Shown in pieces: positions 37,936 to 50,437 of a stretch of 64,000 nt of DNA. The stretch's first letter is position 1. Every line of letters begins with the position of its first letter. Both the position numbers and the translations under genes were made by a program. The stretch comes from Tubulanus polymorphus (taxonomy: Eukaryota > Animalia > Nemertea), in assembly GCF_964204645.1 (NCBI RefSeq), contig NC_134028.1, positions 13,833,653 to 13,897,652 on the forward strand, in the 5' to 3' direction. The notes beneath the pieces were generated by a model. That model was given only the letters and a program-made list of their open reading frames with translations. It made no database searches and had not been told where the DNA came from.

Positions 37936-40411
37936 CGATTGAACCGGGTGGCAAACAGATCCAGCAGCGGATTGCCAAACATGTCTCAAACTCGATCGGC
38001 TACTTCTTGGTGGAGAACCCATTCTGTCGCAATAGCCTGACCTCGACGAGAAAGAGCATCGGCCATCACGTTCCTTTTCCCTGCTAAATGTGCCACAGTC
38101 AGGGACACGGCCTTTTTCTGGCACCAAAGAAGAATTTTGACCGACAGATCCGTGAGGATTTCTGAGTGAGTGCCCCCTTGATTCTGAAGGTAAGCCCTCA
38201 CTGTTGAATTGTCTGTGGCTAACCAAACGTGGTGGCCCTCCACTCTCATATGAAAGAACTTCAGGGCCTTCCACACGGCCAGCTTTGCCAGGATATTTAT
38301 GTGGTTGGTGGCCTCGTAGCTCCGGGCTTAGATCGGTTGGAGGTAAGGGAATCAAGGTCTCCCAGTTGCCCTTCGACTGAGACCAGAAGACCTTCCAATA
38401 TTGTTGCAAGCGCCTGCTTCTGAGGCGGCCTAAGGGCACCACCGGACCCATGGAGCTGATGGAGCCTAGAGGCCGTGATCAGTAACGAGCTGTTCTCGGG
38501 GTTGTGGACACTCCCGCTACAGCTTCTTGAAGTTTGGCTACTCGAGCCATAGACGGAAAGACTTTGCCGATTCGGAGATCGAAGTCCATGCCGAGATAAG
38601 TGAACTGTTAGGCCGGCGTCAACTGAGATTTTTCCCTGTTTACGCGGAACCCTAGCTGATGGACTAAGTCCAAGACTGAGGTCATTGCCTCCCGACGTTC
38701 TTGAGCAGAGTTCGCGACTATTAACCAGTCGTCGAGGTAAACGAACAATCGAACACCCCTTGACTGAAGTACCCCTTGAACACCCCTTGACTGAAATCGT
38801 CGAGATTTTGGGTGAATTGGAACCTGAAAGTAAGCATCTTACAGGTCCAATGAAGCCGCCCATTGACCCGGACGGAGCCCTTAAATCACGTCCTTGGGTT
38901 TGGTCATCCGGAACCTTGGAATGTCTAGGTGCCGATTGAGGGATGACAGATCTATCACCGTTCGTTGACCCCCTATGGCCTTTGGTACCATGAATATTCG
39001 AGAACCAGCCGGGAGAAGTTTCGTTGCAAACTGGTTCTATCGCTCCCTTCTCGGCCAATTCCTTGAGAGCCAGAGAGATTAAAGCCTCCTGACCTGGTTT
39101 TGGCCGCATGTCGGGAGGTGACCTCGTCAGGCGCGGTCGCCTTAGGAAACGGAGACGGTAGCCACGAGAGACGACCTGGGAGGGTCAACAGTCTCCGAAA
39201 AGGTCGGACCAGTGGGTTGCCGCCTGCTGCAGACAACCTCCCACTGGTCCCGAGAATTCATTTCGAGTTTTTCCGAAAGGAAGAGCCCCTTTTTGGAGCC
39301 TTCCCCTTGCCTCGATACGAACCGGAACTGTACTGACGAGGCTGAATTTGAGTTGGTCCTGTTTGCGTCCGTGCCGAACCTTGCGCCGCCGGCGTCGGAC
39401 CAGAACGCTTTTTCTACGGAGTTCGGACGGTGGACTTGGTCTGGACCTCCCGAATCTTCCTCAGCTCGGCGGAAACAGGAGCGCACCAAACGGAGAAGAG
39501 ACCCGAAGACGTCCCCGATGGAGCTCTCAACAAAGCTGGACACCATATCCGGTAGACGAGCTTTGGAACTGGAGTCCATAACTGACTGACGGGAGGCTAA
39601 CACAAGATTAGCCTGACCCCGAACCAACAACAGAATTACGTGTGAAACAGACCGAGCCAAAGATTGGATAATCCGGTCCATTCCCTCCAGTTTTAGGGCA
39701 ACTGACTCTGGGTCGGAGCCCGCATGAACGGCGGCGAGAGTCTCGCAAAGCTCACCCGTCAACACCTTAAGTGCCATATCCTGAAACGAACCAACCCTGG
39801 TAAGATTGTCCAGGATTGACGTCTTGGCCACCAAACCAGACTTAGGCAAACGAATACCCGACTGTGCTGAAACAGTATCTGGGCTGATCAAAGTATAATC
39901 AGCATCCAGGCAGCTATGACTATGATCCACAGCACCTGGAGTTGCGTAATACGCCGAGCGAAATGCGCCTAAGGTGGCTCGGTTGAACTAAAATATTTCC
40001 CAGATATCATACCCCGTTCTGGAGGGGGAAACAAAAACGTTCCAGGGCGACATTCACCCCATAATTGCGTATCTAATCGAGCCCATTCTCTTGAAACCGC
40101 TGACGATTCCCGTAAAACGTTCAGATCGGAAGCCGGAGGGCGAAAAGCTTCCATTGACTCACCGACCAGAGGAGCTGCTGTGGGCTTAGCGCGAGTGTTT
40201 GACAAAAAACTCACTAATCATCGCTCTAAATGGTATGTCCCCCGCTGGTTCGGATAAAACTGAACGGGTCGGAGATACATTGCGAGCCAGGGAAGTCCCC
40301 ATCGTATGGGCCAACCCAAAATTACTCGCGACAGGAACGACCCCAGAAGGAATTGCCGCTTCTGGGACCGGATCCTCATTGAAATCAGACCCTACCCCAG
40401 CATCCAGGAAT
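37936..40411 (-). mobile_element. DIRS retrotransposon, 5' part (gag-like, RT, RNase H)
   Basis: Minus strand FVYLDDWLI near 38720-38745, DAYFQVPIH. RNase H TDNSTVRAYLQNQGGT and HLAGKRNVMADALSR. GC-richer than flanks. Confidence 0.92.
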
Positions 40412-40663
40412 TCAGTTTCAGAATGTTCAAGAGTTTTATTCGATATATTATGAAAAGAATTACATAAACTTACATTTACTAATTTCAAATCTACACAATT
40501 CTTAAATTCTCTTTCTAACTGTACTAGTAAATCACGTGATTTATAATTAGCAAGTCTTCTAGATTCAACAAATATATTCTTTTAATTCAACCATTATTTA
40601 TAACACAAAAAAAATTACTTCAAACCATTAAAAATTAATTTTAATAAAATTTTTCCAAAATAA

Positions 40664-41490
40664 ATGGATGAGAAGATAGGATGTGAAATTAGTGGTGAAC
40701 TTCAAAGAAAAAAGTAATATGGCTCGACATATGAAAAAACATGATGACAATCATAAACCCCCTAAAATAAACTGCCCAAATTGTAATAAATTTTTCTCAA
40801 GAAATTATTTTTAAAAACATTTAGAGGAGTGTAAAATTAATGACTCAACGGTTAATGTTGATAGTAACAAAAGTAATAATAATTCTGTTGAAGTTGAACC
40901 TGAAATTATTTGGAAAAGACCTTTTCTATTATATGAAAAGAATAATATAAAAGATCATTTCTGTCAGCCTTGTCGAGTAAAATATAGCCCTGAAAATATA
41001 GAAGATTGGGAGAATCATCAATTTCGTAAAGCACATTAAGATAAAATTTCTAATAAATTTGAAACAGAATTCAATGAAAGAAAAAATAATATATTAGATA
41101 AAATTAAATACGAGAAAACGTTATGAGATAATAAAGAAACACTTGAAAAGTTAAAAAAACAATATGATGAATTAGTAAGAAAAACATATTATTGTAAATA
41201 TTGCAAATTGATTATTACAACAAGTAATTCAAATCTACATAATAGAACAATAAAACATAAAGAAAACGTAAGAAAATACCAAGAACTTAATGAAGATCTA
41301 TATGATAGATATGATAGAACAAATTGCCCACAATGTATTTATGAGTACTTAAGACAAGAAGATTCTGTGATATTTTGTAATGAATGTGGATGGCAAAAAT
41401 TATTTATGGGGTGATGAAAAACTAGAGATATTCTTATAGAACCAAAATTGAAATATCTAGATGAAATTTTTAAGATACTTTCCATGGACG
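40664..41490 (+). pseudogene. Multi zinc-finger / zinc-ribbon protein
   Basis: TAAATG start. CPNCNKFF, FCQPCRV, YYCKYCK...HNRTIKH, CPQC...FCNECG, with stops and frameshifts. Confidence 0.6.
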
Positions 41491-41920
41491 ATCTAAAATA
41501 TTCTTTTTCTTCTAATGTTCCTGGTTCTCTATTATAAATATTACCAATTATCTTATTAAAGGACATATGATCCATTCTTGGGTGAAATCTTTTATGTAAT
41601 AATTCATCTCCAATTTTTATATCAGTTGGTTTTATTTCATCACCATTTCGTTTAATTAAACTGTGGTCTTCAGTAACATCTATTAACCCTAATTTAGTTC
41701 TAACTCTATAAAACTTTTTATTTGTTTTATGTCTAATTATATTCTTTAATTTTTTCCATCCATTTCTTGTCCAAACATCCATTAATCCATTTATTTGTAT
41801 TAATTCTTTTACACCATATGAAATATAAAGTTCATTTTGTTTAGGAATAATTTCTGAAATTCTTCTAATTAATATTTGATTGTTGTATTTTAATAATATT
41901 GGGGTATCAGCTGTTACAGA
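41490..41920 (-). other. Intein N-terminal splicing region (Hint-N), truncated
   Basis: Begins directly after ILYFD with block A SVTADTPILL. Has VWTRNGWKKLKNIIRH, block B IDVTEDHSL and IKIGDELLH. Other copies read ILYFDTDS. Confidence 0.9.
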
Positions 41921-44900
41921 ATCAAAATATAATATTTCAATATGTTTTTCCCCAAAAAGTGGTTGTAAAACATTATAATAAATATCATACATTAATAATT
42001 TTGATATTTCTAAAACAATTAAATTTCATTGACGTTCTTTTTAATTTTACTGCTGTTAAATAATCTTCAAATCTTTTATTTGCTAAATGTCTTTAAGGAC
42101 TTTATTGTTAATGTCTCAATCGTTCAGAATTATTTACTAATTCAATATCATTTCTATTTCTAATATTTTCACATGTTTTTCCAAAAAAACTATTATTCAT
42201 TAATTTAAAAAAATCTTTTTCAAAATATGTTTTAGATATTGTTCTCTGTTGAGTATTGAAATCTATATATTTTTCTAACCACTTCGATTGATTAAATTCA
42301 ATATATCTATGTACTTTCTTTAATTTCATTCCTTGTTTTAGATACAATTTTAACATTCTATAATGAACAAGATACTTATATTTATTATTTTGTGTTAATA
42401 TTAATTATTCTGTAAAAACATGATCTTTCGGTTTTATTTTTTTCTGATATTCACTTAAATAACTATCGTCTACAGCTAAATGTTCTGGGCAATATGGTAA
42501 GTTTCTTGTTTTAAACTTTATGTTATCAGGATATTCTAAATCAACTACAAATAAATAACCAATTGGTGTTGCATCTTTTAAACCCATAATTGCACTTTCC
42601 CAATCAGTTTTATCATCATTTCAACTTCTGTTAATATAAAATTTTTATATGGTTGAGGTTGCCTCATTGCCCAACCATATTAATTATTGGCGTCAATATA
42701 TAATAATTTATATTCATCATTTGCTTTAAAATATCTATCTCCCATAACACCACTAATTCCACCTCTGATTTATTTTTCAAATAATAAAACCATGTCTCGT
42801 TCTTTTAATAAATCTAATTCTACATTTGTATATTTTAAACGACATTGCCAGGTTAAACCAGCAATAACAAAGATCAACATTAAAATGGATTTAAATTAAC
42901 TCCTCTAAATTTTTCAAATATATCAGCCAATATCATAACATCTGATTTTAAGTATAAATCTACTAATTCACCATGATTCTTTATCTTAAAATGATTCCAA
43001 ATATTCAATGTTCTATTAAAGACTTCATCTTTCACATACTCCTCTTTTAATTGATCATAAAATTGTTCTTTTAATAATTATTTTACATTAAAATCATTGT
43101 GTGTTTTATAAAATGAATAAGGAATTGCACCTTTATATCTCAATAATTTAAAATCTTGTTCATTTGGATAATAATGTCGAGTTATTAAAAAATCATTACC
43201 AAATAAATTATCAACGTTTTGGTAAATTATCTAATGAACTTGCTAAAAATGTATAAGAATCTAAAAATCTAATGCAACCAAATTGAAATGAAATATAATT
43301 TTCAGATGTTTTAGCTAATAGTTTAAAATCATATTTTCTTACATTTAAATCATTTATAGCATTATATTCTTCTATTTCTTGATTAATTGCGCCTAATTTT
43401 CCTGATAATTATTTTATAAATAGATGAGTATCATAACCTGATAAATTATGAAATAATATTGGTACGAAATTAACTTTCTTAGCTTGTAAATTGCAATCTT
43501 CATAAGCAGCTCCACGATATTTTGAATTTAAATGATCATGATATTTAACTTTTTTATCAAATGAATAAAAACACACAGTAACAACAATGAGTTGCGTAAT
43601 TAAAATCAATTTCATCTTTTGTCATAACTATTCTTTTATTTTTGTTTAATAATTTTGCAAAATCAGTTTCTAAATCAATCATTTTATTACAAAATTGATT
43701 TACTATAACTTCACCTCTAAAAGAAATATATTGACTTTCATATAATTCAGGATAATTTGATTTTATATAAATTCCATAAGCAGACGCTCTTTGATGAACT
43801 TTTTAAATTGTATTTATAATTGGTGGGTTTTGAATTTTGTCTTCATTTAATTCATTTCCTTTGTCCATTGATTTTAAAAATTGCTCTTTGTTATATATTT
43901 ATTTTCTATGTTGGTCAGTTAATTCTTTATTCAACGATTCAAAATCCCCATAAATTACAAATGGTTCTATATTTTTAAATTAATGATTACTAAATGTCAA
44001 CTTCAAATCTTTTTTGTTGGCATTATTATTTTACAAAAATCTTTATTATCGCATAATTCTTTATGTTTCAATAATGCATTCTCAGTCATAAATTTCGACA
44101 AACATTTTCTACATAGATTAATTTTACTACGGTGATCACTTTCTGTTCTAAAGAATAAATCTACTTGTTTTAACCACATAAAAAGTTCATTTTTATCTTC
44201 TTTGTAACAAATCGTTAACGTTTACATCATCATAATATTCTGTTAAATATAAAGCTTCTAATGTATAATCTTTAATATTTGCACCTTTTGTCTCTGGTAA
44301 TTGCATTAATTCGAATACATTTATTCTTAAATTATTAAGTTTTCTATTTTATTTTTAATATTTTATTTCATCTTTATAGTTACTGGCTATTGATCAATTT
44401 TGTATAATGTTTCATATTTGTAAATGGTAATTTGATATAACTTGATGCTTTAATATCCTTTTTCTGTTGTAAAGCCTGAATCATTTTTAAAGATTTTATT
44501 ACTTTTTGATGTGTTACTTCTTTTTGTATTATAAATATTTAAATCTAAAAATATAATTTCATTCAATGTTAAACCGGAACCCTCAAAATATCTTTCCTCA
44601 ATATGACGTTTAAATTCATTAAATATTTTTTCTAACTTCTCTCTTATTTGTGTTTTTGAAATTATTTCTTCAGAATGTGTTTGAATATTATACTTCATTT
44701 TTTCTTCTGATTTTATAAAACTTACTTTTCCAGAAATACTAATTTTTGGATATTCAACATCTGTAACAAAGTCCATTATTTTTTCCATTATTTCAATACA
44801 TTTATTATAATCTTCTATTGTTGTACCATTAAAAAATCTAAATATAATAGCTGCCGGTCTAATTTTACTACGTAATGTTTCTAATATCTAAATTGTATCT

Positions 44901-45312
44901 TTTATTTCTAATGAATCGATATAATTTCTAACATTTTCCGTGAAAGGTTTATTTGGAATAGATTTAGTTTTTGAAGCTGGTTTTTTTTACTTGATGAGGT
45001 TTATCATCAAAATACGCTGTTCCTAAAATATTTTTATTCAAATTTTGATGATGTTTTTGTGATTCGAGATGATTTCATAATCCCTTTTTGCTATAAATTC
45101 ATTACAAACATTACATTTGATTTCATCTTTTCTAATTGTTCTTTTCTTTCATTGGAATTTTCTGGAGTTTCAAAATCTATAAAATTTTTTTATGATTTTC
45201 TGTTTTTTCATGCCGAGATTTATTAGATTTATCAATGTATTTTTTACAATATGTACAATAATATTGATTTTCATTAACACCCTTTTTTTCTGTCTGGTAC
45301 TCAGTCTCCCAT
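41921..45312 (-). pseudogene. pPolB N-extein, copy D
   Basis: FHNLSGYD, KLMNNSFFGKTCENIRNR, FVVDLEYP; heavily fragmented. Confidence 0.9.
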
Positions 45313-45599
45313 TTATTAGAAAAAAAATTACTTGTGGTGATGAGTGATTTAAAACAGCAAAAGAAAATGTTTAATTCATTAAACAATTGAATGAACCTGG
45401 ATCATCTGAGCGCGGTCACCTTCTCCCTGTATATAGCAAACACGTTATCAACCGTTCTCGTTAGTGCCTCGCCACATCGATCTATCCGAGCGCAGCTGGC
45501 ACACAATCACTGTACACGCTGTATATAGCAAACACGCTGTCGACCGTTCTAGTCAGTGCCTCGATCAATTGCATCATCCACATAAGTCATTTCGGATTC

Positions 45600-45925
45600 T
45601 TAATATTTGATACATTCTTTTATCAATTTATTTTTTTAATCAACAATTTCTAAATCATGATGACCGTCTTCATTTTTTCCATGATAGATTATTTTAAATC
45701 CTTCTAAATCTTTTAATTCCTCTGTACTTAATGAAACCCATTTATCAGGTAAAAATACTTTAAATTCTCGCGTTTATTAACATTGCAGTAACTTAAATTT
45801 GTTGATATTTTATCTCCATATTTAGTTTTTATCTTTTCTGATTTTAATATTTTGTGTTCAATTTCTTTTGTAACATCAACTAACTTTTTTATTTCAAATT
45901 GTTTTTTGCTGGTGTTATTCTGTTA
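45600..45925 (-). pseudogene. Divergent ORF1 homologue
   Basis: Minus strand reads KTKYGDK, FKVFLPDKWVSLSTEEL and YHGKNEDGHHDLE, paralleling YGDK, TYLPDRFHRLSSEDL and YKGKNEKGHHEIDFE. Confidence 0.65.
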
Positions 45926-45926
45926 T

Positions 45927-47260
45927 TTATTGCCGCTAAGATGATCCGGTGATGAGAGGTGTGTCGTCCTCTCGTATAAACCCCTGATATTCCAATTACT
46001 CATTGATTGAAAGTGCCAACATTAATATGGAACACATTTTAAAACCGTTCATTGTTTACTCCTATGTCACTCAGCTTTAACACAGCATTTGTTGTTGTAT
46101 AATTGTTGAGAAATAATTGTTGTTGTATAATTGTTGAGGGCTCCCATAGTATCAACTATCTACTTCCGGTTTATGTTTGTGTTACCCCATAAATATTGTT
46201 CTAAATTTATAAACAAAGTCATACAATGTTAGTGATTGTTATACATTTTTAACAATTGATCTACACACTGATGTGTTCATCGTGTTTTGCGTAGCTGTTA
46301 AAATATTACTCGTTTACTTCCTGTTTAGGTTCTAGTACTTAAACTCTGTGTGTTACCACAATTATTATTGTTCTAAGATTTTTTTAAACAAAATTACAAA
46401 ATGTTTGTAATTGTTATACATATATAATACAATTGATCTACACACTCATACGTGTGTTGCCATAGTGATTATTTTTATATCACTTATGAATAGACTCATG
46501 ATATGTTTATGATTATTATACATTTATGACTAATTGATTTTTATACTGATGCATGCATCACGAAGCTATCAATTGTCAACTGCCTGTTGATATTCGATTA
46601 CAATATCTTACCCCTGTAAAGATATGGACTCTAAAACCTATTTCATATGAGTCCCAATATTTGTATTGTACCGTTTATCAACCCACTGATGTGTTCATAG
46701 ACATTCCACAAAACGCTTAAAGTATTAATTCATTATTTACTGAAAATTTTCAATCACTAACACTCCAACCCTGGTAATAAATATTATTATATTTTCATAG
46801 CATTTACAACGGACTAATAATCTACCTTATATGTGTCTCATATATGTCACAATATTTCAAATTGTTATACATTTTTGTACAATTGAACTACATAGACATG
46901 TTCTACCCTTTTCCGCTATGCTCTGTAATTCATAGATATAAACATTTTTAAACAATCTATTTTATACGTTATACTTTTATTACAAATTTTGCATTCAATC
47001 ATCCGTTACTATAAATTTACAATAAACTTATATTTAGCCATGAAATCCTGTCTTTTGTTCATTCTATGCTTGACTACAAACATCGCCTAAATTGTCTCCT
47101 GTATAAGATCCTAAATACATACGTTCCAAGTTCATCAGAACTAATACTGTAATAAGCACTTGATAAATTAGACCTTTCTCAGACTATGTATAATGCACAT
47201 TGCAATGCTTAATTCATTTCAAATGCTACAGGCTGGCCATAGTGCCCCGTGGGGCTCTTG
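45927..47260 (+). mobile_element. Non-autonomous Helitron/Helentron-like element with internal degenerate repeats
   Basis: 3' hairpin gccccgtggggc followed by CTTGT. Repeated attgttatacat..acaattga(t/a)ctaca units (~46235, 46410, 46860). Interrupts the start of the ORF1 homologue. Boundaries approximate. Confidence 0.55.
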
Positions 47261-47753
47261 TTATAACAAAACTTTTATTAAACTGAATCATACAAATATA
47301 AATATTCAATGTTAAAATATGAATTATTTCAATCACACTTTACTCACACTTTTTATGTTTAAAAATCTAACTCATACAAATTTAAATATTAAAATATGTT
47401 TAAAATATGAATTATATTTGCTAACACTTTACTCAAACTTTTTATGTCTGAAATTGATTTTAATTTCTAACAACTCGTTAATTACTCGTTACTTTTTTTT
47501 AAATATGAATTATTTCTCACACTTTACTCACTTAAAATAATTGAAAAAGAGTTAGAGTTCGCTGAAACCTTTCGCTCTAGATTATTTGTTTACCCTTATT
47601 GGTAGTATCTTTGATTCACTGTGTATTTTTACTCTCCATTTTAACAACAATTTTTTTATTAAAATTGATTTCATTTATATATTATTCATGAATATGATAT
47701 TCATTTATATATGTTATTCATATATATGTTATTCATATATATGGAATTATTAG

Positions 47754-47896
47754 AGTAATTGTATAAATAGGCTTTCATATCAGAGGTTGAGGGGGGAGTG
47801 AATAATAAATAAAAAATAAATTCGAGCGAGCAAGATTTTTTTTTTATGAGCTCGACCTCTTGACCTATGTTATGAAAGCCTATTTATACAATTACT
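47754..47896 (-). repeat. Hairpin terminus of copy D
   Basis: AGTAATTGTATAAATAGGCTTTCATA...TATGAAAGCCTATTTATACAATTACT. Confidence 0.88.
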
Positions 47897-48975
47897 GACC
47901 GCTGTAAGGCTCAATAATTCCCTATATATACGTTGTTTCTGGTGGTCTTATTCGGTAACATAAGATCCCAGCTGAACCGGTTAAGTGGTGCTTGTTCACC
48001 AGGTAACGTTAAATAGCTCATAACAGGGTAATTCCATGATGGTTACAGATATGCAGATAACCGTTAGTGCTGCTTTGCAGATATAATTCGATTGCTTTTT
48101 CCATAAGACATGAATACCTTGTGGCCTTTATATGGTATCAAATGTCTGATATCCGCGGTCCAAACCATCCTAGTGAGGACTTACCTAACCACTCTGGAAT
48201 GACGCTACATGTGGCGTATTCTGATAACGCTGAGGATTTTCGCCTTCTGTATGTCGTTTGACGTGAATCATGTTGACGCTTCAATTTATGTTTAACGGTG
48301 ATATAAGCAAGAAGTATTACAACTGAAAATAGTAATGTCTCGTTAATATTTGAAACGGCAAGGCGAAACGCATTACGCTCTACCCTGAAGCGTCCCCAGT
48401 GACTTACAGACAGGCAACAATCCAATTGTGATGAATGATAGAATAAAAACTAATTCACTTCCATTGAAATAGTTCACCAAAATCAGTGGAAGACATTCCT
48501 CTTCAACGTCATACTCATCATTCGATTCTGAAATTGTCACATATCCGTTGAACAGATTGGTTATCAAGTAAAATTGCATTCTAAATAAGTTGGCATTATT
48601 ATGTTAAATAATAGTAAAATAAGGCCTACCACTTTCCTTTTGGCCAGCTAAGGTAAACGCATTGGTTTCGGGAACTGATAAAACGTCACTAATTTTTGTT
48701 TGGTGGATTTCTTTAATCTCCTCGTCAGTAAATAACCTAAGCATTCATAATGCGTGTATGTATTTAGCATGTTTATCACGGTTGTTGAAATCTGTTTTGG
48801 AAATTGTTTACCGACTATCTCTATTTTCAAACCAATATTTATCACTATCACGAAGGCGGATGAATTGCTCCAGGATCACATGACTGAACAACGTTCCTGG
48901 TAAGCCATTCGCGGTTTCTAACATTCCTCCCACAAATACATCTAAAGCCTTTCGAGCATTTCCGCTTCCGCTCAT
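47897..48975 (-). pseudogene. Host dual oxidase (DUOX)-like gene fragment, several exons
   Basis: Exon 48975-48812 [37 protein letters not shown] joins in frame through a GT-AG intron to LFTDEEIKEIHQTKISDVL. Then CLPL..YFNGSE plus a TM segment and ..PEWL, as at the DUOX peroxidase/TM1 boundary. Confidence 0.75.
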
Positions 48976-49006
48976 CTATACAAAAGAAAATAGCGTTATT
49001 CAATTT

Positions 49007-49151
49007 AGCTCGTAAAAAAAAGAAAATAACAATAATTTCCAGTTGAATTAGTCGCGCACACTCCTAATTCAACTGGAAATTATTGTTATTTTCATTTTTT
49101 ACACACTCGCCCCTTCAACCTTTAGCCTGAAAGCCCATTACCCCTCTTACT
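49007..49151 (+). repeat. Hairpin terminus remnant (outer arm lost), same type as mini-element
   Basis: ...ccttcaacctttagcctgaaagcccattacccctcttact followed by sequence nearly identical to 15107-15190. Confidence 0.8.
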
Positions 49152-49771
49152 CTTAAAATATTCATATACATGAATAAAATATAAATGAATAACATTTAAA
49201 TTGACAGATTATTCAATATAAAAGTGTGAGCTCTTATAGAATAGATATATAGATACATTTTAAACATTATTTCAATATTTATATTTGTATGAGTTAGATT
49301 TTTAAACATTAAAAATGTAAGTAAAGTGTGATTGAAATAATACATATATACATGATATAATACATAGCTGTTTATACTAGAGCATGATTCTATTTGAGCC
49401 TATATACATTCCATGTAAAGAGCTATGGAATAAATCTATAAATTCACAGCTGTCACAGCTGTTACTATAACGCTGAGACATATGAGTCATAATACTGAAA
49501 ACGTATAAGAGCGGTTTTGCCTAATGCGAACACGTTTTGATATTTTATGTCGGTCGTTTCTATTTTACAGAATTTACAGAATGAATATATAATTATGATT
49601 AGCACATGCGCATTAAGCAAAGAGCGGTTTTGCCCAGTGGTATGATTTAGATATCAAGTAATCGCAACAACTTATCAAAAGCAGCGAGGAATGAAAAAGG
49701 ATGACGTTGGTCGAAGAAATGGAAGAGGATTATAAAATATTAACCAATTTAGTAAAAAATACATATAATAA

Positions 49772-50437
49772 ATGGAACCAGAACAACCACAAATTATCAA
49801 TATTACGAATAACACTGGTGTTATAAATATATATTACAAGAAGTTTTCTAAATGTGAATTAGATAGACCATTTACAGAATTTAGTAAGCGTAAGATTGGC
49901 AAAGATGGTTTTCAACATTGCTGCAAAACTTGCACTAAACTATATACCAAACAATATCGAGAAGATAATATAGAACATTATAATTATTATATGGCAGAAT
50001 ATATGAGAGAAAGATATCAAACAGATCTTAATTTTAGATTGAAACAATGCTTAAGATCTAGATTAACACAATTATTCAACAAAGAAACACATTCAGAAAC
50101 ACTATCTAATCTGTTGGGTTGTTCAGATGAATTTCTCAAATCATGGATTATATTTCAATTCGACGATAAAATGAACATAGATAATTATGGGGATTATTAC
50201 CATATTGATCATGTGTTACCAATATCTAAATTTAACATGAAGGATGAATACAATAAAAAACTTATTTGGGGTTGGAAAAATTTAAGACCTCTTGAAAAGA
50301 AAGAAAATCAAATCAAATCTAATAAACTAGATTTACAGTTATATTTAGAACGGTTAACAAAGGCAAAGAAATTTATTGATCAATGGAACAATGATCCAAA
50401 TAATGAACAATACGTTGAGTCTTTAATGAGTGGTTAA
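49772..50437 (+). CDS. HNH-type endonuclease
   Basis: Intact 221 aa; YHIDHVLPISKF..WKNLRPLEKKENQIKSN; N-terminal KDG..CCKTC. Confidence 0.78.
   Translation: MEPEQPQIINITNNTGVINIYYKKFSKCELDRPFTEFSKRKIGKDGFQHCCKTCTKLYTKQYREDNIEHYNYYMAEYMRERYQTDLNFRLKQCLRSRLTQLFNKETHSETLSNLLGCSDEFLKSWIIFQFDDKMNIDNYGDYYHIDHVLPISKFNMKDEYNKKLIWGWKNLRPLEKKENQIKSNKLDLQLYLERLTKAKKFIDQWNNDPNNEQYVESLMSG

Larger units (their letters stand above)
40412..47896 (-). mobile_element. Polinton copy D (divergent, rearranged): terminus, ORF1-like, intein-bearing pPolB, zinc-finger gene, 5' minor capsid
   Basis: Hairpin terminus 47754-47896. pPolB fragments 41339-45312 are more divergent than B/C/E. Minor capsid start at ~40593 is cut by DIRS. 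Confidence 0.82.

Noticed and set aside
40186-40488. Capsid-gag fusion ORF
   Set aside because: Chance in-frame junction of the copy D minor capsid gene with a truncated DIRS.
41339-41490. Functional split-intein N-half with its own C-terminal tail
   Set aside because: The tail appears to be antisense of the plus-strand zinc-finger gene and no C-half is visible. Truncation is simpler, though not proven.
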